Below, one piece after another: positions 18,569 to 29,460 of a stretch of 64,000 bases of DNA. The translations under genes and the position numbers were made by a program. This DNA comes from Candidatus Hydrogenedentota bacterium (lineage in GTDB: Bacteria > Hydrogenedentota > Hydrogenedentia > Hydrogenedentales > SLHB01): NCBI GenBank assembly GCA_045863335.1, contig BTVY01000024.1, forward strand, positions 1 to 64,000, given 5' to 3'. Below the pieces are notes generated by a model, which worked only from the letters and a program-made list of their open reading frames with translations, was not told where the DNA came from and searched no databases. How positions within the stretch are numbered: position 1 is the stretch's first letter; each line of letters starts with the position of its first letter.

Positions 18569-20128
18569 ATGAGGAATTTCATTATTGCCCTGTGCTTGGT
18601 GGCGTGCGGGTGCGCCACGACCGGCATGGGCGGCGCCCAGCCGGAGATTACGCTGGCATCCGTCATCGGCGACCATATGGTCCTGCAGCAGGACATGGCT
18701 GCGCCGGTTTGGGGCAAGACGGCCCCGGACACGAAAGTGAAAGTGATGCTGGGAAACCAGACGGTCACAACCCGATCCGATGAACAGGGCAACTGGAAAG
18801 CTGACCTGGGTCCGCTCAAGGCGGGCGGCCCGTACGACATCAGAGTGAAGGCCGGCAAGACCGAGAAGGTGATCGCCGACGTATTGGTCGGCGAAGTGTG
18901 GGTGTGCTCGGGCCAGTCCAACATGCAGTGGACCGTGAGCAATTCAAACGATGCTGAGAACGAAATCAAGAACGCCAACCACCCTGAGATACGCCTGTTC
19001 ACGGTGGCCCGCAAGACTTCAGAGGAACCGCTGTCCGAATGCGAAGGTTCCTGGACGGTATGTTCGCCGGAATCGATTCCGGAATTCTCGGCCGTCGGTT
19101 ATTTCTTCGGACGCCGCGTGCATCAGACCCTTGGCGTGCCGGTCGGCTTGATCAACACCTCCTGGGGCGGGACGCCTGCGGAAGCGTGGACGAGTATGCC
19201 GAAGCTGCAGTCCAACCCCGATTTCCAGCCGATCATCGACCGCTGGGACGACATCGTGAAGAACTACCCGCAGACGAAGGCGGACTACGACAAGGCCCTT
19301 GCCGAGTGGCAGAAGAAGGCCGACGAAGCCAAAGCGAACAACCAACCGGAGCCGGGTGACAAACCGCGCGCGCCGATGGGGCCGGATAGTCCGCACCGGG
19401 TGGCCTCCTTGTACAACGGCATGATCCAGCCGTTGATCCCCTATGGCATCCGCGGCGCGATCTGGTACCAGGGCGAATCGAACGCGGGCCGCGCGTACCA
19501 GTACCGCTCGCTGTTCCCGGCGATGATCGAGGATTGGCGCGCGAACTGGGGACAGGACGAGTTCCCCTTTCTCTTCGTACAGCTTGCCAACTTCATGAAG
19601 CGGAATCCGGATGCGAATGCGAGTTCGGCGTGGGCGGAATTGCGTGAGGCGCAGAGCATGACGCTGGGTCTCGAAAACACGGGGCAGGCCGTTATCATCG
19701 ATATCGGCGAGGCTGACGACATCCACCCGCGCAACAAGCAGGACGTAGGTTCGCGTCTGGCGCAGTCGGCCTGGCACGTGGCCTACGACATGGACGGCGC
19801 GATTTGGTCGGGGCCGGTCATGAGTACCATGAAGGTCGAGGGCAACGCGGTCCGCATCACGTTCGATCACGCGAATCAAGGGCTCATGGCGAATGGCGAC
19901 GCGTTGAGAGGCTTTGCGGTCGCGGGCGAGGACAAGGTCTTCCACTGGGCCGACGCCACGATTGACGGGAACGCGGTGGTCGTGTCATCGCCGGACGTGG
20001 CCAACCCGGTCGCGGTCCGCTACGGTTGGGGCGACAACCCGCTGTGCAACCTGTACAACGGTGCCGGCCTCCCCGCCTCGCCCTTCCGGACCGACGACTG
20101 GCCGGGAGTGACGGCGGAGAGCAAGTAG
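18569..20128 (+). CDS. sialate O-acetylesterase (SGNH/SASA), exported
   Basis: GEVWVCSGQSNM, WGGTPAEAW, WYQGESN, DIHPRNK. N-terminal signal with a possible lipobox Cys. Confidence 0.92.
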   Translation: MRNFIIALCLVACGCATTGMGGAQPEITLASVIGDHMVLQQDMAAPVWGKTAPDTKVKVMLGNQTVTTRSDEQGNWKADLGPLKAGGPYDIRVKAGKTEKVIADVLVGEVWVCSGQSNMQWTVSNSNDAENEIKNANHPEIRLFTVARKTSEEPLSECEGSWTVCSPESIPEFSAVGYFFGRRVHQTLGVPVGLINTSWGGTPAEAWTSMPKLQSNPDFQPIIDRWDDIVKNYPQTKADYDKALAEWQKKADEAKANNQPEPGDKPRAPMGPDSPHRVASLYNGMIQPLIPYGIRGAIWYQGESNAGRAYQYRSLFPAMIEDWRANWGQDEFPFLFVQLANFMKRNPDANASSAWAELREAQSMTLGLENTGQAVIIDIGEADDIHPRNKQDVGSRLAQSAWHVAYDMDGAIWSGPVMSTMKVEGNAVRITFDHANQGLMANGDALRGFAVAGEDKVFHWADATIDGNAVVVSSPDVANPVAVRYGWGDNPLCNLYNGAGLPASPFRTDDWPGVTAESK

Positions 20129-20141
20129 TAAACCAATCAAT

Positions 20142-20177
20142 TCCGGACGCCCGAAGCAGTATCCTCGGGCGTCCGGA
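20142..20177. terminator. strong hairpin after the esterase (terminator or REP)
   Basis: TCCGGACGCCCGA...TCGGGCGTCCGGA, perfect 13-bp stem with only a weak U-tract. Confidence 0.55.
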
Positions 20178-20216
20178 TTCGTTCACATGCGCTAACTCCG
20201 GCCGGACCAACTCATA

Positions 20217-21092
20217 ATGAAAGTGCTTCGGGAACCACTCCTCCACTTCGTCCTGGTTGGGACGATGCTTTTCCTCGTCTACGCATGGCGGGGCGAACGC
20301 AACACCGCAACTCCATTCGAAATCGCCATCCCGGCCGAACAAGTCCAACATGCCTATTGGGGATTTGAACAGCAGTGGGGCCGGCCTCCGACCGAAATGG
20401 AGGAGGAACAGATCATCGATGAGCTGGTCCGCAATGAGGTGTATTACCGGGAAGCCCTGGCCATGGGGCTGGATAAGGACGATGACGCCATTCGCGCGCG
20501 GTTGCGGGCCAAGCTCGAGTTCATATCGCAGGACGTGAGCGCGCTCAGCGAACCGAGCGACGAGACGCTGCGGGAGTTTGTCCGGGAGCGTCCGGAGGAG
20601 TTTCCCGCACCCCCGCGCATTGCCTTCCGGCAGGTGTATGTGAGTCAGGACCGGACCAGCGAAGAAGCAAACCAGCGGATCGCTACGATTCGCGAGCAAC
20701 TGAATTCCGCAACGGCGGAATCCCCTGAGTCGCTGAGCGATGCATCTGACTTGCCCTATGAGTATCCGTTGACCCTGATGCGCGAGATTGCGGAGATCTA
20801 TGGGAAACGATTTGCCGATCGGGTTGCGCGCCAGGAACCCGGCCGATGGAACGGGCCTATCGAATCGCAGGTAGGGCTCCATTTCGTCTACGTCACGGAA
20901 CGCGCGGAAGGCGGCGCGGCGGAACTGGAGGACGTGTACAACTACGCAAAGATCGTCTGGCTGGACGCGCGGCGAACGGAACTCCAGGAGCAGGCGTACG
21001 CGGACATGCGGGAGAAGTACATGGTTCAGGTGGAGCGGCCGACCGAAAGCGAAACGGTCGAGGAGACCGTTGCCGAACAGCCAGCGCCATGA
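20217..21092 (+). CDS. PpiC-type peptidylprolyl isomerase-like membrane protein
   Basis: REPLLHF N-terminal anchor, EVYYREALAMGLDKDD, W.GPIESQVGLHFV. Confidence 0.8.
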   Translation: MKVLREPLLHFVLVGTMLFLVYAWRGERNTATPFEIAIPAEQVQHAYWGFEQQWGRPPTEMEEEQIIDELVRNEVYYREALAMGLDKDDDAIRARLRAKLEFISQDVSALSEPSDETLREFVRERPEEFPAPPRIAFRQVYVSQDRTSEEANQRIATIREQLNSATAESPESLSDASDLPYEYPLTLMREIAEIYGKRFADRVARQEPGRWNGPIESQVGLHFVYVTERAEGGAAELEDVYNYAKIVWLDARRTELQEQAYADMREKYMVQVERPTESETVEETVAEQPAP

Positions 21093-22093
21093 AACGTCTG
21101 CACCGATACACCGCCGTCTTCGCGTGCGCCGTCGTTGCGTGCGGCGCGTTCGCACATGAGATGCTCCCGTGCCGGCTCGATCTCGTGGAACTGCCGGACA
21201 ATCGCTACGAACTGACGTGGCGAACGCCCTACAGTCTGAGCTACGCGGAACTCATCGGCGTGCAGATCCCCGACGATTGGGAAGTCGTGGAGGAAATGAC
21301 GCAATGGACGTTTTCGGACGCGGTCGTAGTTCGAGGGATCGTTCAGCCGCAGCAGGACAGCATCGACGGAAGTGTCATTCGATTCCCCGGCTTGCGGGAC
21401 GCCATGTCGCAGGTGGTGGTTCACGTCGCGCGGCTGGACGGCTCGGCATTCACGGCCTTCGTATCGCCGGTAACCGCCGAGGTCACGATACGCGGCGTAC
21501 GGCCGTGGACGGAGTCGGCGTGGCAATACACGACGCTCGGTTTTCATCACATCCTCCTCGGAGTAGACCACCTGCTCTTTGTCCTGGGCCTGATGCTGAT
21601 CGTTGACAGCCGGTGGATGCTGCTGAAAACCATCACCGCTTTTACGGTGGCGCACAGCATCACGCTGGCGATCGCGACGCTGGGATATGCCAGCGCGCCG
21701 ATGCCGCCGTTGAATGCGGCTATCGCGCTTAGCATACTGTTCCTCGGACCCGAGGTGGTGCGCCGTTGGCGGGGCGAAACGAGCTTCACGATTCGGCATC
21801 CCTGGGTTGTCGCATTCGCCTTCGGACTCCTGCATGGGTTCGGCTTCGCCAGCGGATTGACGACCGCCGGTATGCCGGTCGCAGAGATTCCGCTGGCGCT
21901 GTTGACGTTTAACGTGGGCGTGGAACTGGGCCAACTCGCCTTCGTGGCGCTGTTGTTGTTGCTGGTTCGCTCGTTTGAGACGCTGGAGATTCGCTGGCCC
22001 CGCTGGGTGGAGTTGAGTCCCGGCTATCTGGTGGGGTGTTTGGGCGCGTTCTGGGTAATTCAACGCACAGCGTTGTTGTTTGGAGGGAACTGA
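21089..22093 (+). CDS. HupE/UreJ-like protein with periplasmic N-domain
   Basis: ATGA overlap with the PPIase. Signal peptide ending AHE. GFHHILLGVDHLLF, TAFTVAHSITL, FGLLHGFGFA, FNVGVELGQ. Confidence 0.85.
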   Translation: MKRLHRYTAVFACAVVACGAFAHEMLPCRLDLVELPDNRYELTWRTPYSLSYAELIGVQIPDDWEVVEEMTQWTFSDAVVVRGIVQPQQDSIDGSVIRFPGLRDAMSQVVVHVARLDGSAFTAFVSPVTAEVTIRGVRPWTESAWQYTTLGFHHILLGVDHLLFVLGLMLIVDSRWMLLKTITAFTVAHSITLAIATLGYASAPMPPLNAAIALSILFLGPEVVRRWRGETSFTIRHPWVVAFAFGLLHGFGFASGLTTAGMPVAEIPLALLTFNVGVELGQLAFVALLLLLVRSFETLEIRWPRWVELSPGYLVGCLGAFWVIQRTALLFGGN

Positions 22094-22096
22094 CAA

Positions 22097-22705
22097 ATGC
22101 TATCCCGTTCCGGTCCTTTCCGGTGCAATAGTGTTGGCATTGCCATCATGACGGCGCTTGCTTCCCGTGTTGCGTGGGCGCACATCGGCGATGGGAGCGT
22201 CGGCGGATTCGTAAGCGGCCTACATCATCCCGTGTCGGGTCTTGACCATATGCTCGCTATGGTGGCGGTGGGGCTCTGGGGCGCTCAACTGGGCATGCCC
22301 GCGATATGGGTGTTGCCGGTGGCATTTCCCATGATGATGGCGATTGGCGGTTTCCTCGGGCTGGTTGGCCTTCCCCTTCCGGGCACGGAGGTAGGAATCG
22401 CCCTGTCCGCCGTCGTCCTCGGCATTATGGTGCTCGGCGAGGTGCGTGCGAAACTGGCCGTAGCGATGATCGTGGTGGCCGTCTTCGCGGTGTTTCACGG
22501 TCACGCCCACGGCACGGAACTCCCTGAAGGCCAGAGCGCGTTGCTGTACAGCATTGGTTTCGTTATCGCGACGGGTCTGCTTCACGCGGTGGGAATTGGT
22601 ATTGGGTCCATCCACCGCTGGAAATCGGGGCAGATGGTCTTGCGCGCTTCGGGCGCGGTCGTGCTGGTTGGAGGCTGCTTCTTCTTATGGAAAGCCATCA
22701 CCTGA
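22097..22705 (+). CDS. HupE/UreJ family metal (Ni/Co) transporter-like protein
   Basis: AH...GLHHPVSGLDHMLAMVAVGLW, FHGHAHGTE, TGLLH. Confidence 0.9.
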   Translation: MLSRSGPFRCNSVGIAIMTALASRVAWAHIGDGSVGGFVSGLHHPVSGLDHMLAMVAVGLWGAQLGMPAIWVLPVAFPMMMAIGGFLGLVGLPLPGTEVGIALSAVVLGIMVLGEVRAKLAVAMIVVAVFAVFHGHAHGTELPEGQSALLYSIGFVIATGLLHAVGIGIGSIHRWKSGQMVLRASGAVVLVGGCFFLWKAIT

Positions 22706-23325
22706 GCGCCCGTATCACGCGATCCGGACTGGCGTTCTTCGCGTTACTGGCGTGGCCCGCCGCGGCGCATGCGCATCTGGCCTCGACCGGTTTCGGACCC
22801 TTCTACGACGGCCTGACCCATCTCATTCTGTCGCCCGATGACCTCCTCGGCATCGCGGCCATGGCGCTCCTGGCAGGCTCTTTGAGTGCCCGGCATGGCC
22901 GCTGGGTTCTATTCGTGCTCCCAGTCACGTGGCTGCTTGGAGGCGGGTTCGGCCTGGCCCTGCGTCAGGAAATACATCTGGACGCCTGGAACGCGGCGAG
23001 CATCCTTATCATTGGCGCTCTTGTCGCGGCAAATTGGCGATTGCCGCTGCCGCTTGTCGCGGGCCTGGCGCTCGCGCTGGGGGGTCTTCACGGCTTCCTC
23101 AATGGCTCCGGGCTGGGTACAAGCACAAACGCGCTGCTCGCGCTTGCAGGGATCGCCTGCGGATGTTTCGTGCTGGTGGCACTCGTCGCGGCCTGCGCGG
23201 TGAAGCTGCATGCCACGCGCGCCCGGATCGTCGTCCGCGTCACCGGAAGCTGGATCGCCGCGATCGGGCTCCTGATGCTTGGGTGGGCGTTTCGGGCAGG
23301 CGTCGCCCCTGATGGTTTGCCGTAA
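22687..23325 (+). CDS. divergent HupE/UreJ family protein
   Basis: AHAH, FYDGLTHLILSPDDLL, GLHGFLNG. Multiple TM helices. Exact start uncertain. Confidence 0.75.
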   Translation: MESHHLSARITRSGLAFFALLAWPAAAHAHLASTGFGPFYDGLTHLILSPDDLLGIAAMALLAGSLSARHGRWVLFVLPVTWLLGGGFGLALRQEIHLDAWNAASILIIGALVAANWRLPLPLVAGLALALGGLHGFLNGSGLGTSTNALLALAGIACGCFVLVALVAACAVKLHATRARIVVRVTGSWIAAIGLLMLGWAFRAGVAPDGLP

Positions 23326-23419
23326 GCGTGCTCGACGATTCGCGGTTGAAACTGGGTCTTACACGGGCGGGACGCCCGTGCTCCTTGGGCGACCGGCGAC
23401 GCCGTTAGCAGTTTAAGCG

Positions 23420-25603
23420 CTACTTCAGCCGCTGGAGCGGGTGATCGCCGGAGTAGAGCAGGTCATCCTGGATGGTGAACTGGTGGTTCTGGCCGGCGAC
23501 GTGGAAGTCGACGGTGTTGCCTTCGATGGTGTAGGTGCCTTCCACGGTGTCGTTCACGTACATGACGCCGTCGGCCGCGAATCGCATGCGGTACTTTCCG
23601 CCGGTCCACTCCGAGCCGATGATGGTCTCCGCGTCGATGGGGATGCCGGTGCGGACGATCTCTTCATCGCGATTGCGGCCGCGATCGCGACCACCGTTTC
23701 GCTCGCGGCGGACGACGGGGGCATCGGGATCGTAGGAGTAGTTTACGTAGCCGACGAACATCTCCTGGAACGATTGTTCTCCGAAAACAACCGCCTGGCT
23801 GGGGTCGGGGTTCATGGGATTCCGGGCGGAGTTGTCCCACGCGCCGGTGGCGATGATCCGCGATCCGCCGGGCACCTGGATTGGCTTGTCGAAAACGTAT
23901 TCGGTCTGCCAATTGAAGTTGTAGAAGGGTACGGACAGGATGGGCGTACGCTCGCCGTCGGGGTATTCGATCTCGTAGGCAAACCGCTTTCCGCGATAGT
24001 GCATGTGCGGCGCGACGCTGAAGAGGAGCGAATCGCGGGCCACATAGTGCGAAGCGGCGGCGGGGGCTTCGGGATCGTTCGGGGGGATCAGGAAATCGAC
24101 GGTCGTCGCGGCGCGGGTGCCGAGTTCGCGCTCGGGCTTCTCGTCGTAGAAATAGAGCGCCATGCTCGTGCGGTCTTCTTCTTCCTTGCCTGTCGCGGTG
24201 TAGTGCAGTTGGAACTGGAACGTCGATCCCGCGGGGATGAATTTACCCGTGTTCTCCGGCAATGGCTCCGGAACGGTTCCTGGCAGGTAGTCGGCGAAGT
24301 AGCCATCGAGTCCGCCGTCGTAGTCGGGCTGCTGGTCCTGCAGCTCCGGCGGGTAGATCAGGAACACCAGCACGTGATGCGCCACTTCCAGGTTGGTCGG
24401 GCGCACGTCCGCCGCGCGCAGCCACTTGTCTTCCGTGAGTCCGGACGGCACGTCGATGTAGCGGTAATCGATGACGCCGGAGGCGGGCAGTTGCTGCACT
24501 TCGGGGAGTTCCACCACGAGATCGGGTTCGCCCAGGCGCCATTTGCCGTCGTAGGACTCGGCGGCCACCGATTCCAAGGGGTCCTCCTCTCCATCCTTTT
24601 CGGCGCCGGCGTCGATCCACGCCAACAGCGTGCGGGTCTCATCGATGGAAAGGGAGCGGTCGTTGGCGAACTCGTTGACGTGGGGGTCGGCGTGCCACGG
24701 CGGCATGCGCTTCGACAGGATCACTTCGCGGATCATTCTGCTGCGGCCGGATACGTCCCGGTGATCTTCAAACGCGAAGGGGGCGATGTTGCCTTCCGTG
24801 TGGCAAGCGACACAGCGTTCGGCAATGATGGGCGCGACATCCATCGCATAGGAAACGTCTTGCGGAAGGGGCTTGTAGTCGATCAGGCAACCCTTGGTCG
24901 CTGTGTACGCGACAGGAACGGATTCACCCGCCAGGAATGCGGTCAAGGCATCGCGCAGGTAGTCCTGGCCGCCTTCCGGGCGTTGCGTCGTGTAGTCAAT
25001 GCGGTCGTCCAGGGCACCGCGATAAACGATGTCGTACGTCGCCGGATCGATCAGTAGCGCCTCGCAGGTGCGCTCCACGTCGAGTCCGCCCAGGACAAGC
25101 TGGGTTTCATCCATGAGGACGGGAACGTCCTGTCCGAACTCCTGCAACTCCTCCGTGACGCTTTCGCGGTCATCGTACGGGCTGGCGTTAATGAGGAGGA
25201 ACTCGACGCCCCGGGGCTCGAATTCGGCCATCAACGCTTCCAGGGTGGGGATGCTCTGCCGGGCGATGGGGCACCCCGTTGCCGTGGAATACAGCACGAT
25301 GGCGCTGGCGCCGAGGGCGTACCGGCGCAATTCGTGTGCGCGGCCCTGGTGGTCCAGCAATAGGAAATCCTCCGCCTTCGTCGCCAACTCGCGAGGAGCT
25401 TCCGGCTCATCAACGACCTGGGCAACGTTTGTATCGCGCGGTGCATCAGCATCTGGCGCGTTGGCGGTCGCGACGGAATCGCTCGTCGCAGGGGCGCTGT
25501 TCGTCACGGGCACGCGCGTGCCGTCCACATAGCTGGCGACACCGACAACGATGGAGAACAGGATCAGTGTGGGGAGAACAAATAATACGAGGCGTTTGAC
25601 CAT
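23420..25603 (-). CDS. redoxin + cytochrome c + copper type II monooxygenase-like fusion protein
   Basis: N-terminal TM. Thioredoxin-like GCPIAR...YRGALDD. CVACH heme site with RMPPW. PHM-type VAHH, LHY, PHMH, EM. Confidence 0.8.
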   Translation of the reverse strand: MVKRLVLFVLPTLILFSIVVGVASYVDGTRVPVTNSAPATSDSVATANAPDADAPRDTNVAQVVDEPEAPRELATKAEDFLLLDHQGRAHELRRYALGASAIVLYSTATGCPIARQSIPTLEALMAEFEPRGVEFLLINASPYDDRESVTEELQEFGQDVPVLMDETQLVLGGLDVERTCEALLIDPATYDIVYRGALDDRIDYTTQRPEGGQDYLRDALTAFLAGESVPVAYTATKGCLIDYKPLPQDVSYAMDVAPIIAERCVACHTEGNIAPFAFEDHRDVSGRSRMIREVILSKRMPPWHADPHVNEFANDRSLSIDETRTLLAWIDAGAEKDGEEDPLESVAAESYDGKWRLGEPDLVVELPEVQQLPASGVIDYRYIDVPSGLTEDKWLRAADVRPTNLEVAHHVLVFLIYPPELQDQQPDYDGGLDGYFADYLPGTVPEPLPENTGKFIPAGSTFQFQLHYTATGKEEEDRTSMALYFYDEKPERELGTRAATTVDFLIPPNDPEAPAAASHYVARDSLLFSVAPHMHYRGKRFAYEIEYPDGERTPILSVPFYNFNWQTEYVFDKPIQVPGGSRIIATGAWDNSARNPMNPDPSQAVVFGEQSFQEMFVGYVNYSYDPDAPVVRRERNGGRDRGRNRDEEIVRTGIPIDAETIIGSEWTGGKYRMRFAADGVMYVNDTVEGTYTIEGNTVDFHVAGQNHQFTIQDDLLYSGDHPLQRLK

Positions 25604-25771
25604 GCTTCGCAAGACTCCTCGGATGCGGTCCGGCTGGCCAGACCCGGCGGGATTGTGATGTGATTCCAGAACTGCGTCCCTGCAAGCGTACGCAGGGATT
25701 TAGACGCGGATCAAGGACGACAGGTTACACGGAATATTCAACCCGCCTCGTGAAAGGACGCGCTGAGGCTG

Positions 25772-26074
25772 TCACCAGGGGATCGCGGGAGTTAGCCACT
25801 CTCGCGAGATATAGTCTGGCATGATGAGGAAAAACATGATGAGGAGCCAGAAAAATCCGCAAGCGACGAAAATCATGGTGAGTTTGCTACTGTATTTCAC
25901 GTTCATAAAGAACAGCACGATGAGCAGGGCCTTCAGAATGGCGATGGTGAGCGCAACGACGGGGTTGAGCACCCCGAGATTGAAGAAGGCCATCACGACC
26001 GTCAGTATCATGAGTATCGTCAATCCACCGAATACTTTAACGTAGGTGCTCGGCGGTACTACGTGCTGTGCCAT
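25772..26074 (-). CDS. coxD: cytochrome c oxidase subunit IV
   Basis: Three TM helices, IAILKALLIVLFFMNVKY. Last gene of the cox cluster. Confidence 0.88.
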   Translation of the reverse strand: MAQHVVPPSTYVKVFGGLTILMILTVVMAFFNLGVLNPVVALTIAILKALLIVLFFMNVKYSSKLTMIFVACGFFWLLIMFFLIMPDYISREWLTPAIPW

Positions 26075-26121
26075 GACTCAGATTCTCTCCATGAGCGCGT
26101 TGGAGCGCCCGCTTCCGTGCC

Positions 26122-26787
26122 CTAGTGGTGGCGGTTAATCAGATACAAGAGTGGGAACAGGAATACCCACACGATATCGACGAAGTGCCAATAGAACCCC
26201 GTCAGCTCGACTTTCATGAAGTTGTGGGGGCCAAACTTGCCTTTCCACGCCAACACGATGAGCCAGATCAGCAGGCCCGCGCCGATGACCATATGCAGCG
26301 CGTGCATGCCGGTCATGATGAAATACAGGGTGTAGAAGAGTTGTACGTTGCTTTCCGCCGCGTTGGGAAAGTGTTCGCTCTGAAAACTGAAGCTCGGACC
26401 CGGCACGTGATGGTAGTCCCATTTGTGCTTGTATTCGAAGAACTTCACCACCAGGAAGGTGGAACCCAGCACGAGCGTGGCGAGCAGATAGCGGATCAGG
26501 CTCTTCTGCCGGCCCGTTTGCGCGCTCCACACGCCCATGGCCATGGTCAGACTACTGACCAGCAGAACCACGGTATTGAAGGTACCGAGCGTGATATCGA
26601 GGTCGGTGCTACCCGCAGCCCAAGCGTCCGGATACTTGAACCGGTACACGAGGTAGACAGCGAACAAGCCGCCGAAGAACATAATCTCCTGGCCCAGGAA
26701 CAGCCACATGCCAAGGACGGCAGACTCGTTCTGCTGTTCGATGTCCTCGAAGTGATGGGCTACCAGAGAATCACTGCTATGAGACAC
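26122..26787 (-). CDS. coxC: cytochrome c oxidase subunit III
   Basis: [34 protein letters not shown]. Confidence 0.95.
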   Translation of the reverse strand: MSHSSDSLVAHHFEDIEQQNESAVLGMWLFLGQEIMFFGGLFAVYLVYRFKYPDAWAAGSTDLDITLGTFNTVVLLVSSLTMAMGVWSAQTGRQKSLIRYLLATLVLGSTFLVVKFFEYKHKWDYHHVPGPSFSFQSEHFPNAAESNVQLFYTLYFIMTGMHALHMVIGAGLLIWLIVLAWKGKFGPHNFMKVELTGFYWHFVDIVWVFLFPLLYLINRHH

Positions 26788-28417
26788 TTTCGGATCCCCC
26801 TATGGAATAGGCGTAGGCTTCTTCGACCACGATGGGCTGGCCTTCGTCAAAGTTGAAGGTTGTGGGCGGCGACTGGGTTTGCCACTCGAGACCCTTCGCG
26901 CCCCAGGGGTTTGGTCCCGCGGCCGGGCCGAAGAACAGGGACCACATGAAGTAGAATCCCGGGATGGCGTATCCGACGCCGAGGATCGACGCACCGGCCG
27001 TGGACATGACGTTCAGCACCTGGAATTCAGCCGCATACTCATGGTACCGGCGCGGCATTCCGAGGTATCCCAGAATGAACTGGGGAAAGAAAGTCAGGTT
27101 GAACCCGATGAACACGATAATCGCCGCGATGGAAGCGATCGTCGCGGGGTACATGCGGCCGGTCATCTTGGGCCACCAGAAATGCAGGCCGCACATGAAG
27201 CCCATGACCATGCCACCCACCATGACGTAGTGGAAGTGAGCAACGACGAAATACGTGTCATGGAAATGGATGTCGGTCGCCATGGCGCCGAGGAAGAGGC
27301 CCGTCAGGCCGCCGATGGTGAACAGACCGATGAAGCCGAAGGCGTACAGCATGGGCGCTTCGAAGGTAATCTCGCCCTTGTACAAGGTCGCTGTCCAGTT
27401 GAACACCTTAATGGCCGAGGGAACCGCAACCAGGAAGGTCAGGAACGAAAAGACCATGCCGGCGTAGGTGGACTGGGTGCTCACGAACATGTGGTGGCCC
27501 CAGACGAGGAACCCGACGATCGCGATGGCCAGGCTCGAAAAGGCGATGAATTCATAGCCGAAGATGCGCTTCCGCGAGAAGCAGGTGATAACTTCGCTGA
27601 TGACGCCCATGCCCGGCAGAATCATGATGTACACGGCCGGATGCGAGTAGAACCAGAACAGGTGCTGGAACAGCACCGGGTCGCCGCCCAGGCTGGGATC
27701 GAAAATCCCCTTGCCCCAGATGCGCTCCACACCGACCAGCACGAGCGTGATCGCGACGACCGGCGTACCGAGGATTTGAATCAGGCTTGTTGCGTAATGG
27801 GCCCACACGAAGAGCGGCAGCCGGAACCAGGTCAAGCCCGGCGCGCGCATCTTGTGAATGGTCACGATGAAGTTCAGTCCCGTGAGGATGGACGAGAACC
27901 CGGCGATGAACGCGGCGCTGACCGCGAGAAACACTTCGGTCTTGGCGTAGGTGCTGCTGTAGGGCGTGTAGAAGGTCCAGCCGGTGTCCACACCGCCCTT
28001 GACCAGCGCCCAGACCGCGAGCAACCCGCCGATGATATAGAGGTACCAGCTCAAGAGGTTAATCTTCGGAAACGCAAGGTCTTTCGCGCCGACCATGAGG
28101 GGAATCAGAAAGTTTCCCAAGACCGCCGGGATGGACGGGATCAGGAAGAAGAAGATCATGATGATCCCGTGAAGCGTAAACATCTTGTTGTAGGTGTCGC
28201 CGTCGAACAGGTCGCCCTTTGGGGTCAGCAATTCGAGGCGAATCATGGACGCGAAGAATCCGCCCACGGCGAAGAACACCGTGATGGAGATCAGATAGAG
28301 GATCGCGATCCGCTTATGGTCCGTCGTGAGCAGCCAGGAAGCCACGCTGTGCTTGACGTTGGCATAGTGGCGCTTTGGCATCAATGCGGATTCGGGACGG
28401 GCGGCTATAGTACTCAT
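26777..28417 (-). CDS. coxA: cytochrome c oxidase subunit I (A2-type heme-copper oxidase)
   Basis: [24 protein letters not shown] (YS motif), [20 protein letters not shown]. Confidence 0.97.
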   Translation of the reverse strand: MSTIAARPESALMPKRHYANVKHSVASWLLTTDHKRIAILYLISITVFFAVGGFFASMIRLELLTPKGDLFDGDTYNKMFTLHGIIMIFFFLIPSIPAVLGNFLIPLMVGAKDLAFPKINLLSWYLYIIGGLLAVWALVKGGVDTGWTFYTPYSSTYAKTEVFLAVSAAFIAGFSSILTGLNFIVTIHKMRAPGLTWFRLPLFVWAHYATSLIQILGTPVVAITLVLVGVERIWGKGIFDPSLGGDPVLFQHLFWFYSHPAVYIMILPGMGVISEVITCFSRKRIFGYEFIAFSSLAIAIVGFLVWGHHMFVSTQSTYAGMVFSFLTFLVAVPSAIKVFNWTATLYKGEITFEAPMLYAFGFIGLFTIGGLTGLFLGAMATDIHFHDTYFVVAHFHYVMVGGMVMGFMCGLHFWWPKMTGRMYPATIASIAAIIVFIGFNLTFFPQFILGYLGMPRRYHEYAAEFQVLNVMSTAGASILGVGYAIPGFYFMWSLFFGPAAGPNPWGAKGLEWQTQSPPTTFNFDEGQPIVVEEAYAYSIGGSESVS

Positions 28418-29364
28418 GATTGGCTACCACTCTCTTGGTCGTCCTTCATCGACTTGATGTAGTTAATCAAGGTGAAGATATCCTGCTCTTTAATCTGGTT
28501 CTGGAAGGTGGGCATCAACGGCGGATAACCGGCGACCAACTTCGCCTGGGGATTCAGAATGGACTCGCGAATGTAGTCCTCATCCGCCAGCACGATTTCA
28601 CCGGTCTGAAGCTGCACTTCCTTGCCGAAGACGTCTTTCAACGCCGGACCGCGGGGGCTGGTGCCCTCGTGGCAGGTCACGCAACCGAGCTTCGCAAAGA
28701 GCTGCTCGCCGGCCGATGCCGCGGGGACCGCAGTGAACTCACCGGCAAGCCATCGCTGGTAGTCTTCCGGTTCCATCACGACGACCTGGCCGACCATGCG
28801 AGAGTGGTCGGTGCCGCAGTATTCGGCGCAGAACAGGTGGTAGGTTCCGGTCTTCGTCGGTTCGAACCACAAGTTGCTGTACCGGCCCGGCAACACGTCG
28901 CGCTTGACCCGGAAGGCCGGGACGAAGAAGCTGTGAATCACGTCTTCCGACGTCATCGTTAGTTTCACGGGCACGCCAACGGGAACGTGCAGCTCGTTAA
29001 TCTCACGCTTGCCGTTTGGATGCTGTATTTTCCACATCCACTGTTTGCCGGTGACCAACACCTCCATGGCGTCGTCGGGAATCCGGGAGTACTGGAAGAA
29101 CACGATGGTCGCCCAGAAGAACATGGCGATGGCCATGATCGTCGGGATGATAGTCCACGTCAGCTCGAGGGCCGTGCCCGCGTGGGGATCGACGATCGTG
29201 CGATTGACCTTGGTGCCCTTCCGGTACCGTATGGCGAGGAACACGAGTACCGCGCACACGGCGAAGAAGAAGAACACACTGAGGCCGGTGAGTACATACA
29301 GGACCAAGTCAATCTGCGGAGCGATTGTCGAGGCCTGCTCTGGCGCTATCTGTACGTTTGGCAT
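28414..29364 (-). CDS. coxB: cytochrome c oxidase subunit II with fused cytochrome c (caa3-type)
   Basis: LELTWT, QWMW, CuA DVIHSF...[13 protein letters not shown]-terminal CVTCH. Confidence 0.96.
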   Translation of the reverse strand: MPNVQIAPEQASTIAPQIDLVLYVLTGLSVFFFFAVCAVLVFLAIRYRKGTKVNRTIVDPHAGTALELTWTIIPTIMAIAMFFWATIVFFQYSRIPDDAMEVLVTGKQWMWKIQHPNGKREINELHVPVGVPVKLTMTSEDVIHSFFVPAFRVKRDVLPGRYSNLWFEPTKTGTYHLFCAEYCGTDHSRMVGQVVVMEPEDYQRWLAGEFTAVPAASAGEQLFAKLGCVTCHEGTSPRGPALKDVFGKEVQLQTGEIVLADEDYIRESILNPQAKLVAGYPPLMPTFQNQIKEQDIFTLINYIKSMKDDQESGSQS

Positions 29365-29460
29365 AAAGCTTTACAACACTTTGCTGTTCATCACCCAAAT
29401 CACGCAGTTCGAATCTATTTCAACACGCCGTCCGCTTCCCGAGGGGACGGTGAAGTTCCG

